The notes beneath the pieces are model-generated. The model saw only the letters and a program-made list of their open reading frames with translations, was not told the DNA's origin and ran no database searches. From the NCBI GenBank assembly GCA_030295235.1, contig AP026167.1, forward strand, positions 496,001 to 560,000: 64,000 bases of DNA. The letters are read 5' to 3'. Position numbers and translations under genes: made by a program. This DNA is from Fistulifera solaris. Lineage: Eukaryota. Below are positions 46,701 to 58,233 of this stretch, piece after piece. The number at the start of each line of letters is the position of its first letter. Position 1 is the first letter of the stretch.

Positions 46701-49700
46701 TTACTGATAAGACTCTGTTAATTCTCTCCACAATACCAAAGCATGGTTAATTCCTAGTCGACAGATGCTCAATGAAAAGATATAGCGCTCCTTTTCTAGG
46801 TTGTCGAAGAACGACTTTGTGAAAGCAGATACCCTATCAGCATCGAACTCTGGAAGCAACTGCTCGGCGCTGTTTCGGTCAAAACCCAACAAGAAGTCCC
46901 TCACAATGAGAGACACATAGTACTGCTTATGATAAAGATCGGACGAAAAGACGTTACCCAAACTTGCATCAACATCGTATCGTACAGCATCTTCGGCCAT
47001 GTTTGACCATCCCATGTGGTCAGACAATGCTTTAACGAACTCTAACAAAATCGACCCAACTGCAGTAAAGTTAACTGGGAAAACATGATCTTGATCGTCG
47101 CGCATCGGATCGATCATAGAGCTGCAGTGCTTTTTCTTCTGAGAATTTATCACCGCTGCCCGTGCGTTTCGAAATGTATTGTGGCGGTTGTCTTTGTTTT
47201 CAGATCTCAAATTGTGATGAGCAAGGCATCGATAGGAGGCGCTAATGTCTTCGGGGTGAATACGCTCGTTTGAGTTCCTGAGCAGGAGTGCAACGTCGAC
47301 GTGTCAGTGAACGCAATGGCTGCCAGTAAGTCAAAGGTTAGAAGCGAATCTCCTTACCTCTTGTGATCTTTTGCCCCTATATATTCAGGGAAGGTATCCT
47401 CGATCGCAGTATGCTTGAAAGCTAGACGGGCAGCTTGGCTAGCACTTATTCCCCACGACATGCAAAACACCGCGCAACAGGATCCTCTTTTTGGCTTGCC
47501 TCCGGTCCAAACTGCTTTCATGTTCTTAAATAATTTGTCCATGTCCTCCAGAAAAGGAATTCTGAGCAAAGGATCACGAAGCTTGAGAGCGTTGTACAAG
47601 TGAAGTGTAATTCTCAATTGACCCAATGAATCAATTGTTGCAGACCCCATATCGATTGAGCATACATGTGTCGCATAAAGCATAAATGCTCCTCCAATGA
47701 GAGGGCTCCAAACCGCGACGCTTTCACTTTTTAAATGCTCCCAAGCTAGTTTCCGGCCGTTCTACAGGTGGTGTGAACTTGCGAGCTTCGTAAGGCCTTT
47801 AAACATCAGAATGTTTTGGTAGAAGGGAGGAGCATTTTCCGGCGCTTTACTTCGATTCGACTCGGCTCGCAATTGCGTAAACAGTGTTCTGTAGGACTCT
47901 TTCAAACAAAAAGACACGCAAGTCAAGTCCCGCTTTCCTTGTAGCGTTAAAATTGACATCAAAACTGAATGGAGACCGAAGGATAAAGCAGCGGACACTT
48001 TTCTTCGGTGGTGGGGATTGCTAGAGTCTGTCGGAACATCTTTTGTGTGTCGCCGCAGCAATTCAAGGACTGTAACTAAATTTGGTTTGGTCGGCAAATG
48101 ATCAAAAGGTGTAGAATTGCACAGTTTTACCAATTCCGGTAATATGTTGGTGACAAATACTTCATCCATATCACCACGGATGCGACGAGCGGGCCTGATG
48201 TTCTCGTCAAAAGGCGGTCCCCACAATCCGGCAAATGATTGCATCTCGTTTGAAGCGACCGTGAATATCTGGACAAGCTTGTGTGTATTTAGAAGGCAAA
48301 ATTCACCTCCAATATTCTCGCATTGACCAAGCCACATATGTGATTCAGGTTCAAGGAGGAATGCCATCGCAGTAGCCGAGCATCTCATGAAACGTTGTTC
48401 GAAGACGAGAAGAGTCTCCAAAGAGGTGTCCGCGCGGATAGCCTCGGCTAATTCGTTGGCGTATTGCGGCTTTAAACCTGATTTCGCGGCAAACTCCTTT
48501 GATATCAAGGGTATTAGAGCAAGTCCAAAACTTCCGTGGAAACAGCACTCCACGATGTCAGCTACAAACGCCAGCGCCATATGAACGTCTGTTTGCTGAA
48601 GTCGGGTCTTTTGATGCGCTTGTTAATATCCGCCACACACTCTGTCAGAAACACAAGCGCCAAGACACGGTAGAAGGACGAAAGATGTGGATGATCTAGC
48701 GCCAACTCCTGCTCGGCTCGGGTCACGGTCTCTGTCGCGATATTTGCCACCGTTGCACATTCCATTGCCAATTGCACGCAGCTTGAGGATGTATGCGTGG
48801 TTTGATCCCCTCTCATGTAATTCTTCAAGAGCTGGTAATGATGCCGCACAGTGCCCATTACTTCATCCATTGTATTAATGAAAGCCACGGCTTGCACTCG
48901 ATCATCACCTTCGAAATAGACTTGATAAATGTCAAATTTTCTCCTTCACTTGGACTCCGGAGTATTTGGGCAGCTTTCCTTGCTCGATATCGCGGTCCAT
49001 TAGTTCGCCGTCCATTTCTTCATCTTCGGGATCGGGCGTCAATGCATGAAACCTGCCGCCATTCTTTCCTGCGTTCGATCGTTTTCTTCCTTGTGGATGG
49101 CGGTGGCCATGCGATTCGCATATCGTAGAGCACTGCGACGATACTTCAGCACATCGATGATGTACCGATGTCCGTCATCACCTCCCTTTTTCGACCCGTA
49201 GATCCGAATGGTCAGTTTCTCACTGAACCGAATACACGAGGTCAAATTGGTCATAATCGCGGGTGGGCCGACAATGGACTTCTTCTCTTTTTTCGCCGTC
49301 TTTCAGGAAGTGGTGCTATTCGTGATTTCTTGCAATGCCCCCGACTGCTGTTTTGATAAGCAATAAACACTATAATTGTGCTTCAAGATTTGCTGCACAC
49401 CGTGTCGATAATCATTCACGGCGGACAGTTTCGACTCGGGGCAAGCCTGCGCCATCCACTGATAGATGTGCCCATTGGCTTCTTTATACTGTTCAACAAT
49501 GGAAGCCTTGTCATTATTCGTTTGATTCGTTGCTTGATCTGTTGTAACAGCACCATTCTTACTTGGATTCGGCACATTATTTGCGGAAACTACGTCGTTA
49601 TTCGCTCGATTGGACGCGTTATCCGCGGCCACTGTGTCATCATGTATTGGATGATGCGATGCATTAGAGAGTGGGTTCGCCTTCGTCGCACTGCCTTGCT

Positions 49701-49740
49701 TGCGGCTCTTCTTCTTCTGCTTCTTTCGCTGATACCCCAT
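46701..49740 (-). pseudogene. Fragmented DUF6604-like large protein gene, probable pseudogene
   Basis: Six collinear minus-strand ORF pieces; 'YKEAN..IYQWM', 'DDGHRYIIDVL' recall DUF6604; in-frame TGA at 49303-49305 between two same-frame pieces, plus several frameshifts. Confidence 0.5.
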
Positions 49741-50236
49741 CCTTCAATGAAAGACACCCTTGAAGAAACGCTGAGCCAATAGCCAACAACCAACCAATAC
49801 ACCGACGAGCCCAAACAGTGACAAAGGTGTGCTGAAAGATGTTTCTAAAAGAGTTTATGTGACATTTTTCACGTGACTCAACACCCTCTTTTTCTGTAGG
49901 TTGACGAGGAGCACGTTTCCTTGTTAAAAATTGGATCCGCAGATTTTCAAAATGCAAGCGGCTCAAAGTCGTCGTTGAATGACGTGTTGTTCGGGAATAC
50001 TTCTACGATTGGAATGACGTCACGTTCGGAGTTCGCTGGAAAGAGTAGTCTGGCGATGAATGTCACTCGTACATGTGGCTACGTACGTGAAGGACAGGTA
50101 CATACACGTGGCTTTTCGCGTTTTCCTCCACAAAAACGCTCTGGCGAACGGCGGAGACGGAAAGCGCAATAACAACGGTGTTGCAACAGTTGCTTGCCTT
50201 TGTTTATTATACATTGTATAACAACTTTTATTCACC

Positions 50237-51338
50237 ATGACCGAATCTGCTGACAAACTTACTCCCATTACAGTGATTACTGGCTTTCTAGGTGCCGGCA
50301 AAACGACTTTTGTCAATTATATTCTCAAGGAACAGCGCGACTGGAAGATCTGCGTGCTGGAGAATGAATTTGGGGAAGTTTCCATCGATGATGGTCTCGG
50401 TACGTTCTTACGAAAAGTGGTTTTATCAAGCGAATGAGTAAATCAGCGAGACGCTCACATTCTTTACTGCTTTAGTCGCCGAATCACTCGACGCCCCCGA
50501 GGACTTGATTACGATGGACAATGGTTGCGCGTGCTGTTCCGTCCGCGGAGATCTCGTGCGTACACTCGGGCAGTTGATTCAACGACGCAAGGAGTTTGAT
50601 GCCATTCTTTTGGAAACGACGGGTCTCGCCGATCCGGCTCCTATAGTATACACCATCCAAACCAACAGCAAAATGTCGGAAAATTATTTCATTGATTCGA
50701 TTGTGGCCTTGGCCGATGCCAAGCATTTGCCCTTGCATTTGGATGAAAAGAAGCCGGACGGATCGGCCAATGAAGCCTTGCAGCAAGTGGCATTTGCCGA
50801 CAAAATCTTGCTCAACAAGATTGATTTGGTGACACCGGAGCAAAAGACGGCACTCAAAGATCGCTTGGCGCTCATTAACAAATTTGCGACGGTCATTGAA
50901 ACAGAACGTAGTCGCGCGCCGCTGGACAAAATCTTGGGTTTGAATTCGTTTAATATGGAATCAATCTTGAATTATGAACCGGACTTTTTCGAGATTCAGG
51001 AGGATGCCAAGCACAATTTGGATTTGGTTTCGTCCGTCGGTATTACGTTTCAGGGTCAATTGCACGCTCAGTGGTTTAATATGTTCATGATGGATTTACT
51101 GCGCGAGCGTGCGGCGGATATCTACCGCTCCAAGGGATTGCTTACATTCCACGGACAAGGAAATACCAAATTTGTGTTTCAGGGAGTGCACGAACAAATT
51201 AATTTTGGACCAGCGAAAGAGCCATGGAAAGATGGAGAGGAACGGATCAACAAGTTTGTATTTATAGGTAAAAACTTGAATCGAGAGGAACTCACAAAAG
51301 GTTTGATGGAGTGTTTATACAAGGAGGAAGAAAAGTAG
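50237..51338 (+). CDS. COG0523/CobW-family G3E GTPase metallochaperone (ZNG1/CBWD-like)
   Basis: [32 protein letters not shown]-terminal 'YRSKG..FQGVH..FVFIG'; intron 50400-50475. Confidence 0.93.
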
Positions 51339-51499
51339 TATACGGAAAGGTTTAGAACGTGCGTTTCAGTGATACATACTTGTCGTATAATCTACTTCGT
51401 GATAGTTCAAAAATGTAATGGATTAGAATCCTCGCACAAGTTGCCTATTAACATGATGAGATAGTCTAATGCAATCATTCATTTTTTACGTAAACAAAA

Positions 51500-51937
51500 T
51501 CAAGACTGATTTTCAGTCATGAGATTTCTTAGTAATGATAGTGTTCTTTTGGTTTTCAAAACTGCACTGATAAATATCTTCTCCTCAAAACAAATATGTT
51601 TGTATTCAATGGTCCATTTTTTACTTTGAGAGACTTACCACTTTCTCGTTGACCACGAAAATCTTCGCTAAATGATGTTATAAATTTTCACTATACCTGG
51701 TAGTCCAAAGTGTTGTTCGTTTTTCGCCAAGACTAGATTTCAGTCATTAGACAGATTAAGTGATTGTTGTGTTTCTCACATCCATCGCAAAGAACTTCTT
51801 CTTCAAGTAAACTTAAGCATTTCTATCGATAGTCCTCTTATCAAGTTCTCCATCATTTAAGTCAAAAATCCTCACGGATGGTTGACTAGAGTCCAAAGGG
51901 TTGTTCGTTTTTCGTCAAGACTGGATTTCCGTCAGGC
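51500..51937 (+). repeat. Three copies of the dispersed CAAGACTG-N5-CAGTCATGA motif in an AT-rich intergenic region
   Basis: Cores at 51500, 51727, 51915; 51702-51746 and 51890-51934 are near-identical. Confidence 0.85.
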
Positions 51938-52431
51938 AAGAATGAACTTCTATTTATTTTAAGTTTTTTCGCGTTCTCTTGCAAGTTGCATCTGAACTTT
52001 TTTTTCTCTAATGTTTGTTTAATCGAAAGATTCTCAAAATTACTATCATTTTATTCCTAATTTGTTAATCGTCAGAATCTAATCTTGACATTCGACTGAA
52101 TTTTCCACTTTTCATTCACATATATTTCAGTCTGACACTTCCCTGAGTAAGCTTTGGTTCTAACTCTCTAGCCTTAGTGCGCTAGTAGATTACTTTCGGA
52201 TTTCGATTTGTACTTTCGGATGTCTCGTCCACGCTATAGAGATCGAACGGAGACAGTATTGCCATACGAACCGGTACTCAAAAAAAACAATGCCAATCGA
52301 AAAAAAACCATGAAACCATGAAGGTCAATGTGATTGTGTTTCCTTGAGACCCACACACTATTCACTACCCTTATTTATGCAATAAACAATGAGAATACCA
52401 TGAAAAGACTGGCTTTATAACCAAGCTGATT

Positions 52432-53709
52432 TTGTGCGCCATCTTCCTCTCCGTTCCCTTTCTCTTTGGCAATTTACGGTTTCACTCACAATACATCACA
52501 CGATTGCAGTTCGTCTCTTTTGAAGATGGAGTCTTCTCGGCGGATTCCTTCCTCCCTCGGCCTGTCATGAATAGCAGCAGCAATCCAAGAACTACCTGGT
52601 TACCCAAACCTCCTTCGTACACACAACAAGAGTCCTTTGCGGCATGCATTCTCGTGCTGGACCAAAATCATCGCTTGACCGAGTGGATCGCTTATCACTA
52701 TTTTGCTCTTCCGTTGCGAACTTTAATCATTGCGTACGATCCTAAAACAGCTGATCGTGCCACTAAAATTTTAGAGCGATGGAAAAGTGTCATTGAAATC
52801 ATCGAATGGGATGATAAGGACTATTTGCCTGCTCATTGGACCCAGCGCGTGCAACCAGGAATTCATGGCACCAAACATTTACCGCCCGATGTGGCTCTCC
52901 CGGTAGCCATTCATCGACAACGACAAATTTCTTTCATGCACAAATGTACGCAAGCGGTTGCGGCCAAGAAAGTTGCGCGTGTGATACATCATGATGTTGA
53001 TGAGTATTTTCGTGTCAATACGAATGTTGTATCGCGAGACCTCGTCAACACGGCCGAACCAGGACACATTACTCAATTTTTGAATCGACTGGAAGAACCT
53101 AAAAGTACCTTATTTCCATCCGCCAAAGGAATAGCTTACGGGACGAGTTGTTCGGTATTTCCACGGCTTCAATATACACCCATCGCGGAAGAAACGAATA
53201 GCACAAAAAGCAGCCGAACGCATCCAATCGATCCTTATCATTTCGATACCTTACGGTATCCGTATCGGAATAGTGCCGAGATTATGGAAGGTAAAGGGAT
53301 CATCAATATGAAGCTCATTCCTCCACGGGCGCTCAAAGACCAAACAACCATTCAATACCGAGTTCACAAACCGCTGAATCGATTGTGCAAGGAATCGACC
53401 CCCAACTCCACACTGTTTGTGTTCAATCACTACATGGGAAGCTTCGAGTCCTTTCTGTACAGTGCTCGCAATGATCCTCGGAATGAACCGACCCGCGCCA
53501 AATGGGAAGAACGCGTCCAGGCGGGAGGAGGCATGGGGAAAGCACGGACGGCGTGGAAAAGAGATCCGCCGTTGCTCGATGATGCCATTACGAACTGGGT
53601 CCCGGCCTTTGTGGATTGGCAGTCGGAGGAGGTAGCTAGCTGGTTACTACGGGATACCGGACTGAGAGCCGTGGATTGGCAACCGCCGCCGGCAAATTCT
53701 GTACAATAG
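52432..53709 (+). CDS. GT-A/GT92-like glycosyltransferase, type II membrane
   Basis: 'ACILVLDQNHRLTEWIAYHY', DxD 'HDVDEY', 'NHYMGS'; paralog of the 25771 gene; true ATG probably slightly upstream. Confidence 0.7.
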   Translation: MCAIFLSVPFLFGNLRFHSQYITRLQFVSFEDGVFSADSFLPRPVMNSSSNPRTTWLPKPPSYTQQESFAACILVLDQNHRLTEWIAYHYFALPLRTLIIAYDPKTADRATKILERWKSVIEIIEWDDKDYLPAHWTQRVQPGIHGTKHLPPDVALPVAIHRQRQISFMHKCTQAVAAKKVARVIHHDVDEYFRVNTNVVSRDLVNTAEPGHITQFLNRLEEPKSTLFPSAKGIAYGTSCSVFPRLQYTPIAEETNSTKSSRTHPIDPYHFDTLRYPYRNSAEIMEGKGIINMKLIPPRALKDQTTIQYRVHKPLNRLCKESTPNSTLFVFNHYMGSFESFLYSARNDPRNEPTRAKWEERVQAGGGMGKARTAWKRDPPLLDDAITNWVPAFVDWQSEEVASWLLRDTGLRAVDWQPPPANSVQ

Positions 53710-53738
53710 TGTTTAACAATTACTAATACAGCGGGTAT

Positions 53739-55211
53739 TTAATGCTTCATATGGTACAGGTGTCGTATTGCGCTTCCCTCCGGCTCAGATTTACAAACGC
53801 GTGTCTTGCTAGGATACAGCAAAAGGGCTTCAAAAGCCTCTGGTTTTATTCTATGCTCGGCTTGCACCCATTCCAGTGCTTGTTCCAATCCTCTGACCAA
53901 TTGATAGGCGGATGGACGATCTTCCGGGTGGAAGCGGAAACACGCCACGGTAGCGTAATACAATGCTTGATTTGCAGGTTTGGTAGAGTTAGAATACTTT
54001 TCCGGCATGGACGGTAATATACCTAATGGCCGATGGTATGAGAAGGTTGCAGCGTCAAAGCTCAATCCAACCATGCAAACCACAACGTTCAACTTACCTT
54101 GCTCTTTCTTGAATTTGACTTCCTCCGCTGTTAGCATACCGTTGGGCTCTAAATGAGTCCACGGTTGACGCTTCGTCAAAACTTGAAACAGTAGATTTCC
54201 TAGACCGTAGACGTCCGTCTTTGTAGCATCGACGTAACTGACCTCTTCACTGTGGTCTTGAGCATTTTCCTCGGGGCTCTTCCAAAACGGTGCTTGAAAT
54301 CGTACTGGGATGCCACACGGTTTCGTCTTGTTCCACCTCAAAAGCTGCGCAATGTTAAAGTCATTCAGCTTAATCTTGCCGTTGACTTCAATAGCATTTG
54401 CCATATTAATATCATTGTGAGCCAACGTCGCGTTCGTAGAGTTGGGATAATCAATGGAATGGAGTGCTAGCAAGGCACGCGCCAGATCCAGACCTAGTTT
54501 CAGACGTTCACGACTTCTCCAGCGTTCGTCTTTGACGTAATCCCGAGCGGAACCGGTGGCCCACTCGGTAATCGCCGATTCTCCGCAGAACTGAAAGACA
54601 TTAACGATGTAGGGACTTGAAGTCAGTCGCTCCATCACCATGGAATCGATTCGGTGGTAATTTAGTGACTCGTGATCAAAATCGTGGGATAGCTGCAGCA
54701 GCTTCACGGCAACAGTCTCATTGTTGTGCTGATACTTCCAAACACTACGCCAATTCCCGTGCAAACTAACGAGGGCAAAGTCATCGTCATTGCCCGCAAT
54801 GTTAAGCTCGTGTAAGGCCAGACAGGTCGGATAGTAAGCGGATTGCCAATCTGCCATGAGCGTACACTCTTCATAATAAGGTTTCTCGACATCCCGAATG
54901 TAATCGAATGGTTCTCTCTCACAATAAGGACAAGGTCCTCCCAACGGCTCAACGCTTCTCGCTTTGTGTTTCCTGGAATATAATTCTTCCTCTAAAAACA
55001 CCATTCGTTGATCTCTCTGAGAATCCGGACGCTTTGTCTCCGAAAAGAATGTCAAGTCATTGTATCCACTAAAACCGGAAGTTTGAAAGGACGTCAACAG
55101 TTCAAACAATAAGAAAGCAAGCGCCGACAGCAACGTCAACGCTCGTGCGTAGCTCATTCCGCGGCGATCATGGTGTCGATGACGCAATGTCCTTCTCACT
55201 GCGGCTGTCAT
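53739..55211 (-). CDS. Atypical protein-kinase-fold protein with N-terminal TM anchor (luminal-type)
   Basis: VAVK, HNDINMAN, KLNDFN, SPEE, DVYGLG, RP motifs; TM near residues 22-40; in-frame intron 54023-54097. Confidence 0.8.
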   Translation of the reverse strand: MTAAVRRTLRHRHHDRRGMSYARALTLLSALAFLLFELLTSFQTSGFSGYNDLTFFSETKRPDSQRDQRMVFLEEELYSRKHKARSVEPLGGPCPYCEREPFDYIRDVEKPYYEECTLMADWQSAYYPTCLALHELNIAGNDDDFALVSLHGNWRSVWKYQHNNETVAVKLLQLSHDFDHESLNYHRIDSMVMERLTSSPYIVNVFQFCGESAITEWATGSARDYVKDERWRSRERLKLGLDLARALLALHSIDYPNSTNATLAHNDINMANAIEVNGKIKLNDFNIAQLLRWNKTKPCGIPVRFQAPFWKSPEENAQDHSEEVSYVDATKTDVYGLGNLLFQVLTKRQPWTHLEPNGMLTAEEVKFKKEQGKLNVVVCMVGLSFDAATFSYHRPLGILPSMPEKYSNSTKPANQALYYATVACFRFHPEDRPSAYQLVRGLEQALEWVQAEHRIKPEAFEALLLYPSKTRVCKSEPEGSAIRHLYHMKH

Positions 55212-55806
55212 ATTCTGTGGCTGATTTGTAAAACAAAATTATGCATGTTCCTTATTTTGATGAAAAGAAGAATCTCCGTTATGGCAAATGAATATCGTTG
55301 ACTTTTTTTCGTTGAAATTAGACAAAACGCTTGCACAATTGCACGGTGCGACGAATGAATAACGCATGCAAGGAAGGAATCTTCGTCATCGACGGACAGA
55401 CAGACCCACGTAAGCGTAATAAGGTCACTATCTCCACGACTGCCTTTCAGTCATGAGACAGGGTGTCCTTTTACTGTACCCTCAAACTCAAAGCGCGTGT
55501 TGATGACGACTCTTCCACGACTGAATGGATAGTAGTCATGAGATAGATGCCAATAGTGATAGAGTAGGGGTGACCAGTATTTCCACATAAGCTGGAAAAC
55601 GCCATTGTAGTTCCGGAAGCATAAGTGCGACACGCTTCTTGGCGAAAACGGGTAACGGATTTTGCGCTTTCGGTTTCGATTTCCTTCCATCGATCATTTT
55701 TTTAGTACCTACCGCTAATTTTCGTGTTGCTTTGAATCATCTTCATCTTTTGCTCTTTTGATAACATCAAGTAGATAAATTCAGGAATGAACCAGTGTAG
55801 TCTGTC

Positions 55807-57315
55807 ATGGTGTCAATCAACAAAGATGAGCAGCAGGAGACGTCCGATTACGTCAATATGGAGACCGCTGTGTGGAGAGAGAGTGACGAGAGCGAAGACG
55901 ATTTTAGTCTGGCACCAAGCATTGTTTCCGTCATGTCAGCCGATGGAATCTACGACACGACAGGATTCATGTGTATTTGCTTTGTGACGTTCATCGGTGA
56001 CATGACTCGTGGTGTTTTCTTTCCGTCGCTCTGGTTGTTTGTCGAGCACTTGGGAGGCTCGACTGTCACGCTGGGTTATGCGGTTGCGGCCTTTTCGTTT
56101 GGCCGTATTTTGGTGAATCCGTTGTTTGGGAGCTGGTCTCAAACGATAGGATATAAGAAGACGCTTCTGATTGCGTGTCTCATATTGTTGCTGGGGACTG
56201 TATTATACGCAGTAACCTTCATCGTGGGACAGCCTACGTTTCTGGTATTTGCTCAAACTGTCTTGGGCATCGGTTCGGGAACATTGGGAGTTACTCGAGC
56301 TTTTTTGGCAGAAATCACTCCTCAACGCAATCGAACGACTTACATGGCTTGGCTTACTGCGACGCAATACGCAGGCTTTGCTGTTACACCCATAGCTGGT
56401 GCCTTTTTCAATTATCTGTTTCGCGACGCCACGGGGTTTCTCAACATGTACACAGCGCCGGCCTTCTTCATGGGGAGTATCGTTCTGGCGACGACATTGA
56501 CTATAGCACGATTTTTCGAAGGAAATACACACTCGGAACTGGTGCAACCGAAAGATAGTATCAAGAAATCGAGAAGAAAACAAGAATTGGAGCGCGTGGC
56601 CAGCGAAATTATTCCAGTGATTGGGTTGTCATTTTACAGCTGCTGTGTTGTGGGATGTATGCTTTTGAATACAACTACCACAGGCTCTATTGCTTCTTTT
56701 GAGACACTAGGCATCAAAATTGCCGAGTCACATTTTGGAATGTTGTCGACTCGCGCTGGTTTGTTTGTGGGTATTTGTGGATCGATCGGTGTTCTCAGTC
56801 TATTGAGCATCGGATACATCTCTCGGCTTATCTCCTCGGATGTACATTTGATTATTGGTGGAGTTACGGTCATGGCCTTTAGTTCTGCCGTGTTTATGAC
56901 ACTGGAAGAAGGTGCTGGCGAATATGTGGGGACGAATCCAACATGGAAGTACTGTACTTCCGTTTTTCTCATGTACGCCATCGGTTATCCACTGGGTCAT
57001 ACTGCCGTTATTGGTCTCTTTTCCAAAGGTGCGACGATTCTCGATCTTTGTTCTCGCTCTATGGTTTGAAATGACAAGCATTTAAAACTCACCTTTCTAT
57101 CTCCTGTAGTGGTAGGACGTCGACCCCAAGGTACATTGCAAGGCTGGTACGCTTCGGCCGGATCCTTGGCACGAGTCGTATTTCCCCTCTTATCGGGATA
57201 CATTCTTAAGTTCAAGGATGTCGAAACTCTCTTTGGAATCATTACCTTTGTTTTGATACTTTCCGCTTTAACTGTCTTATATTTTCAAAAATCACTGACA
57301 TTCCTGTCGTCATAA
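55807..57315 (+). CDS. Major facilitator superfamily transporter (MFSD8-like)
   Basis: About 12 hydrophobic segments; 'GYAVAAFSFGR', 'QGTLQGW..AGSLARV'; intron 57029-57108. Confidence 0.88.
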
Positions 57316-57591
57316 TTTGCACAAAACGAAAACGATTTCCAAAACAATAATCGAATAAGTCCTCTATAGAGATACAGTTTTAGGATACGGGCGAGGAACT
57401 GTACAACATTACCAGGTATTCCTTCAAGCTTTTCGTTTAGGTATTCGGAACTCCAGAGATGGCAAAACGTGAACAGCGTCCGGGACTGCTGTTAAGTTTA
57501 GCTTAAAACCAGTTAAAAATATCGTTGACTGTCGTTTGATAGCGATATTCCCAACATTGGTGCAAGATGAAGCCGAGAAGTGCCGTTGTTG

Positions 57592-57879
57592 AAATTCAGA
57601 ATTTCCGCTTTGTCCCTACATCGATAAATTTCCTTCGGCGGCTACGTGACTTACACTTTCGACGCATTGCACCTTTCCTCTTATCTGCGTTTCGAGCGCA
57701 AATATACGTTTATCATTGTTTCTTGAATACGCATTATCGATGTCAATGGTTGTTAGTGTGTCATCTATGCAAAATAGACCCGACAAATGAATTGTCAAAA
57801 TTCAGAATATCCAGATTGTCTCGACATCGATAAAATTTCTACGAGGGCTAAGTGAAAGCTTTGAGGCGTTGCATCTTTC
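57592..57879. repeat. Diverged direct repeat (~85 bp) at 206-bp spacing
   Basis: AAATTCAGAAT.TCC...TTGTC..ACATCGATAAA..GGCTA.GTGA..TTGCA.CTTTC at 57592-57677 and 57798-57879. Confidence 0.7.
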
Positions 57880-58233
57880 TTTTTGACTTTGTTCGGTCAT
57901 TCTCAAGACTTCGATGTTTGTGCATAGTTCAAATAGAGTTGTTGTGCAGCTTACTTGGGAAGGATTGTCCTACGAAAAATAGATCCCGAGGTAAGACTAT
58001 TCCACATTGAAAGGGTGTTTTGACCCATTAGGGTTGGAGGTATATATCCCAAGCACGCACCAGCAACACCCTTTGTATCAAGCAGAATGTAGGCTACACA
58101 GCCACGTACGCAGGCCGTGGAAGATTTTCGTCACCGTTCATCCTCCACCGCAATTTTTGCGCGTTTCTCTTTTCATCGGAGACACTTTCGTTCATGTTTA
58201 AAAGACAATTATTCATTTCAAAGAATAGTAACC

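Noticed and set aside
46701..49740. Stop-codon readthrough or selenocysteine at TGA 49303
   Set aside because: Context is not a redox motif, and the locus has multiple other lesions consistent with decay.
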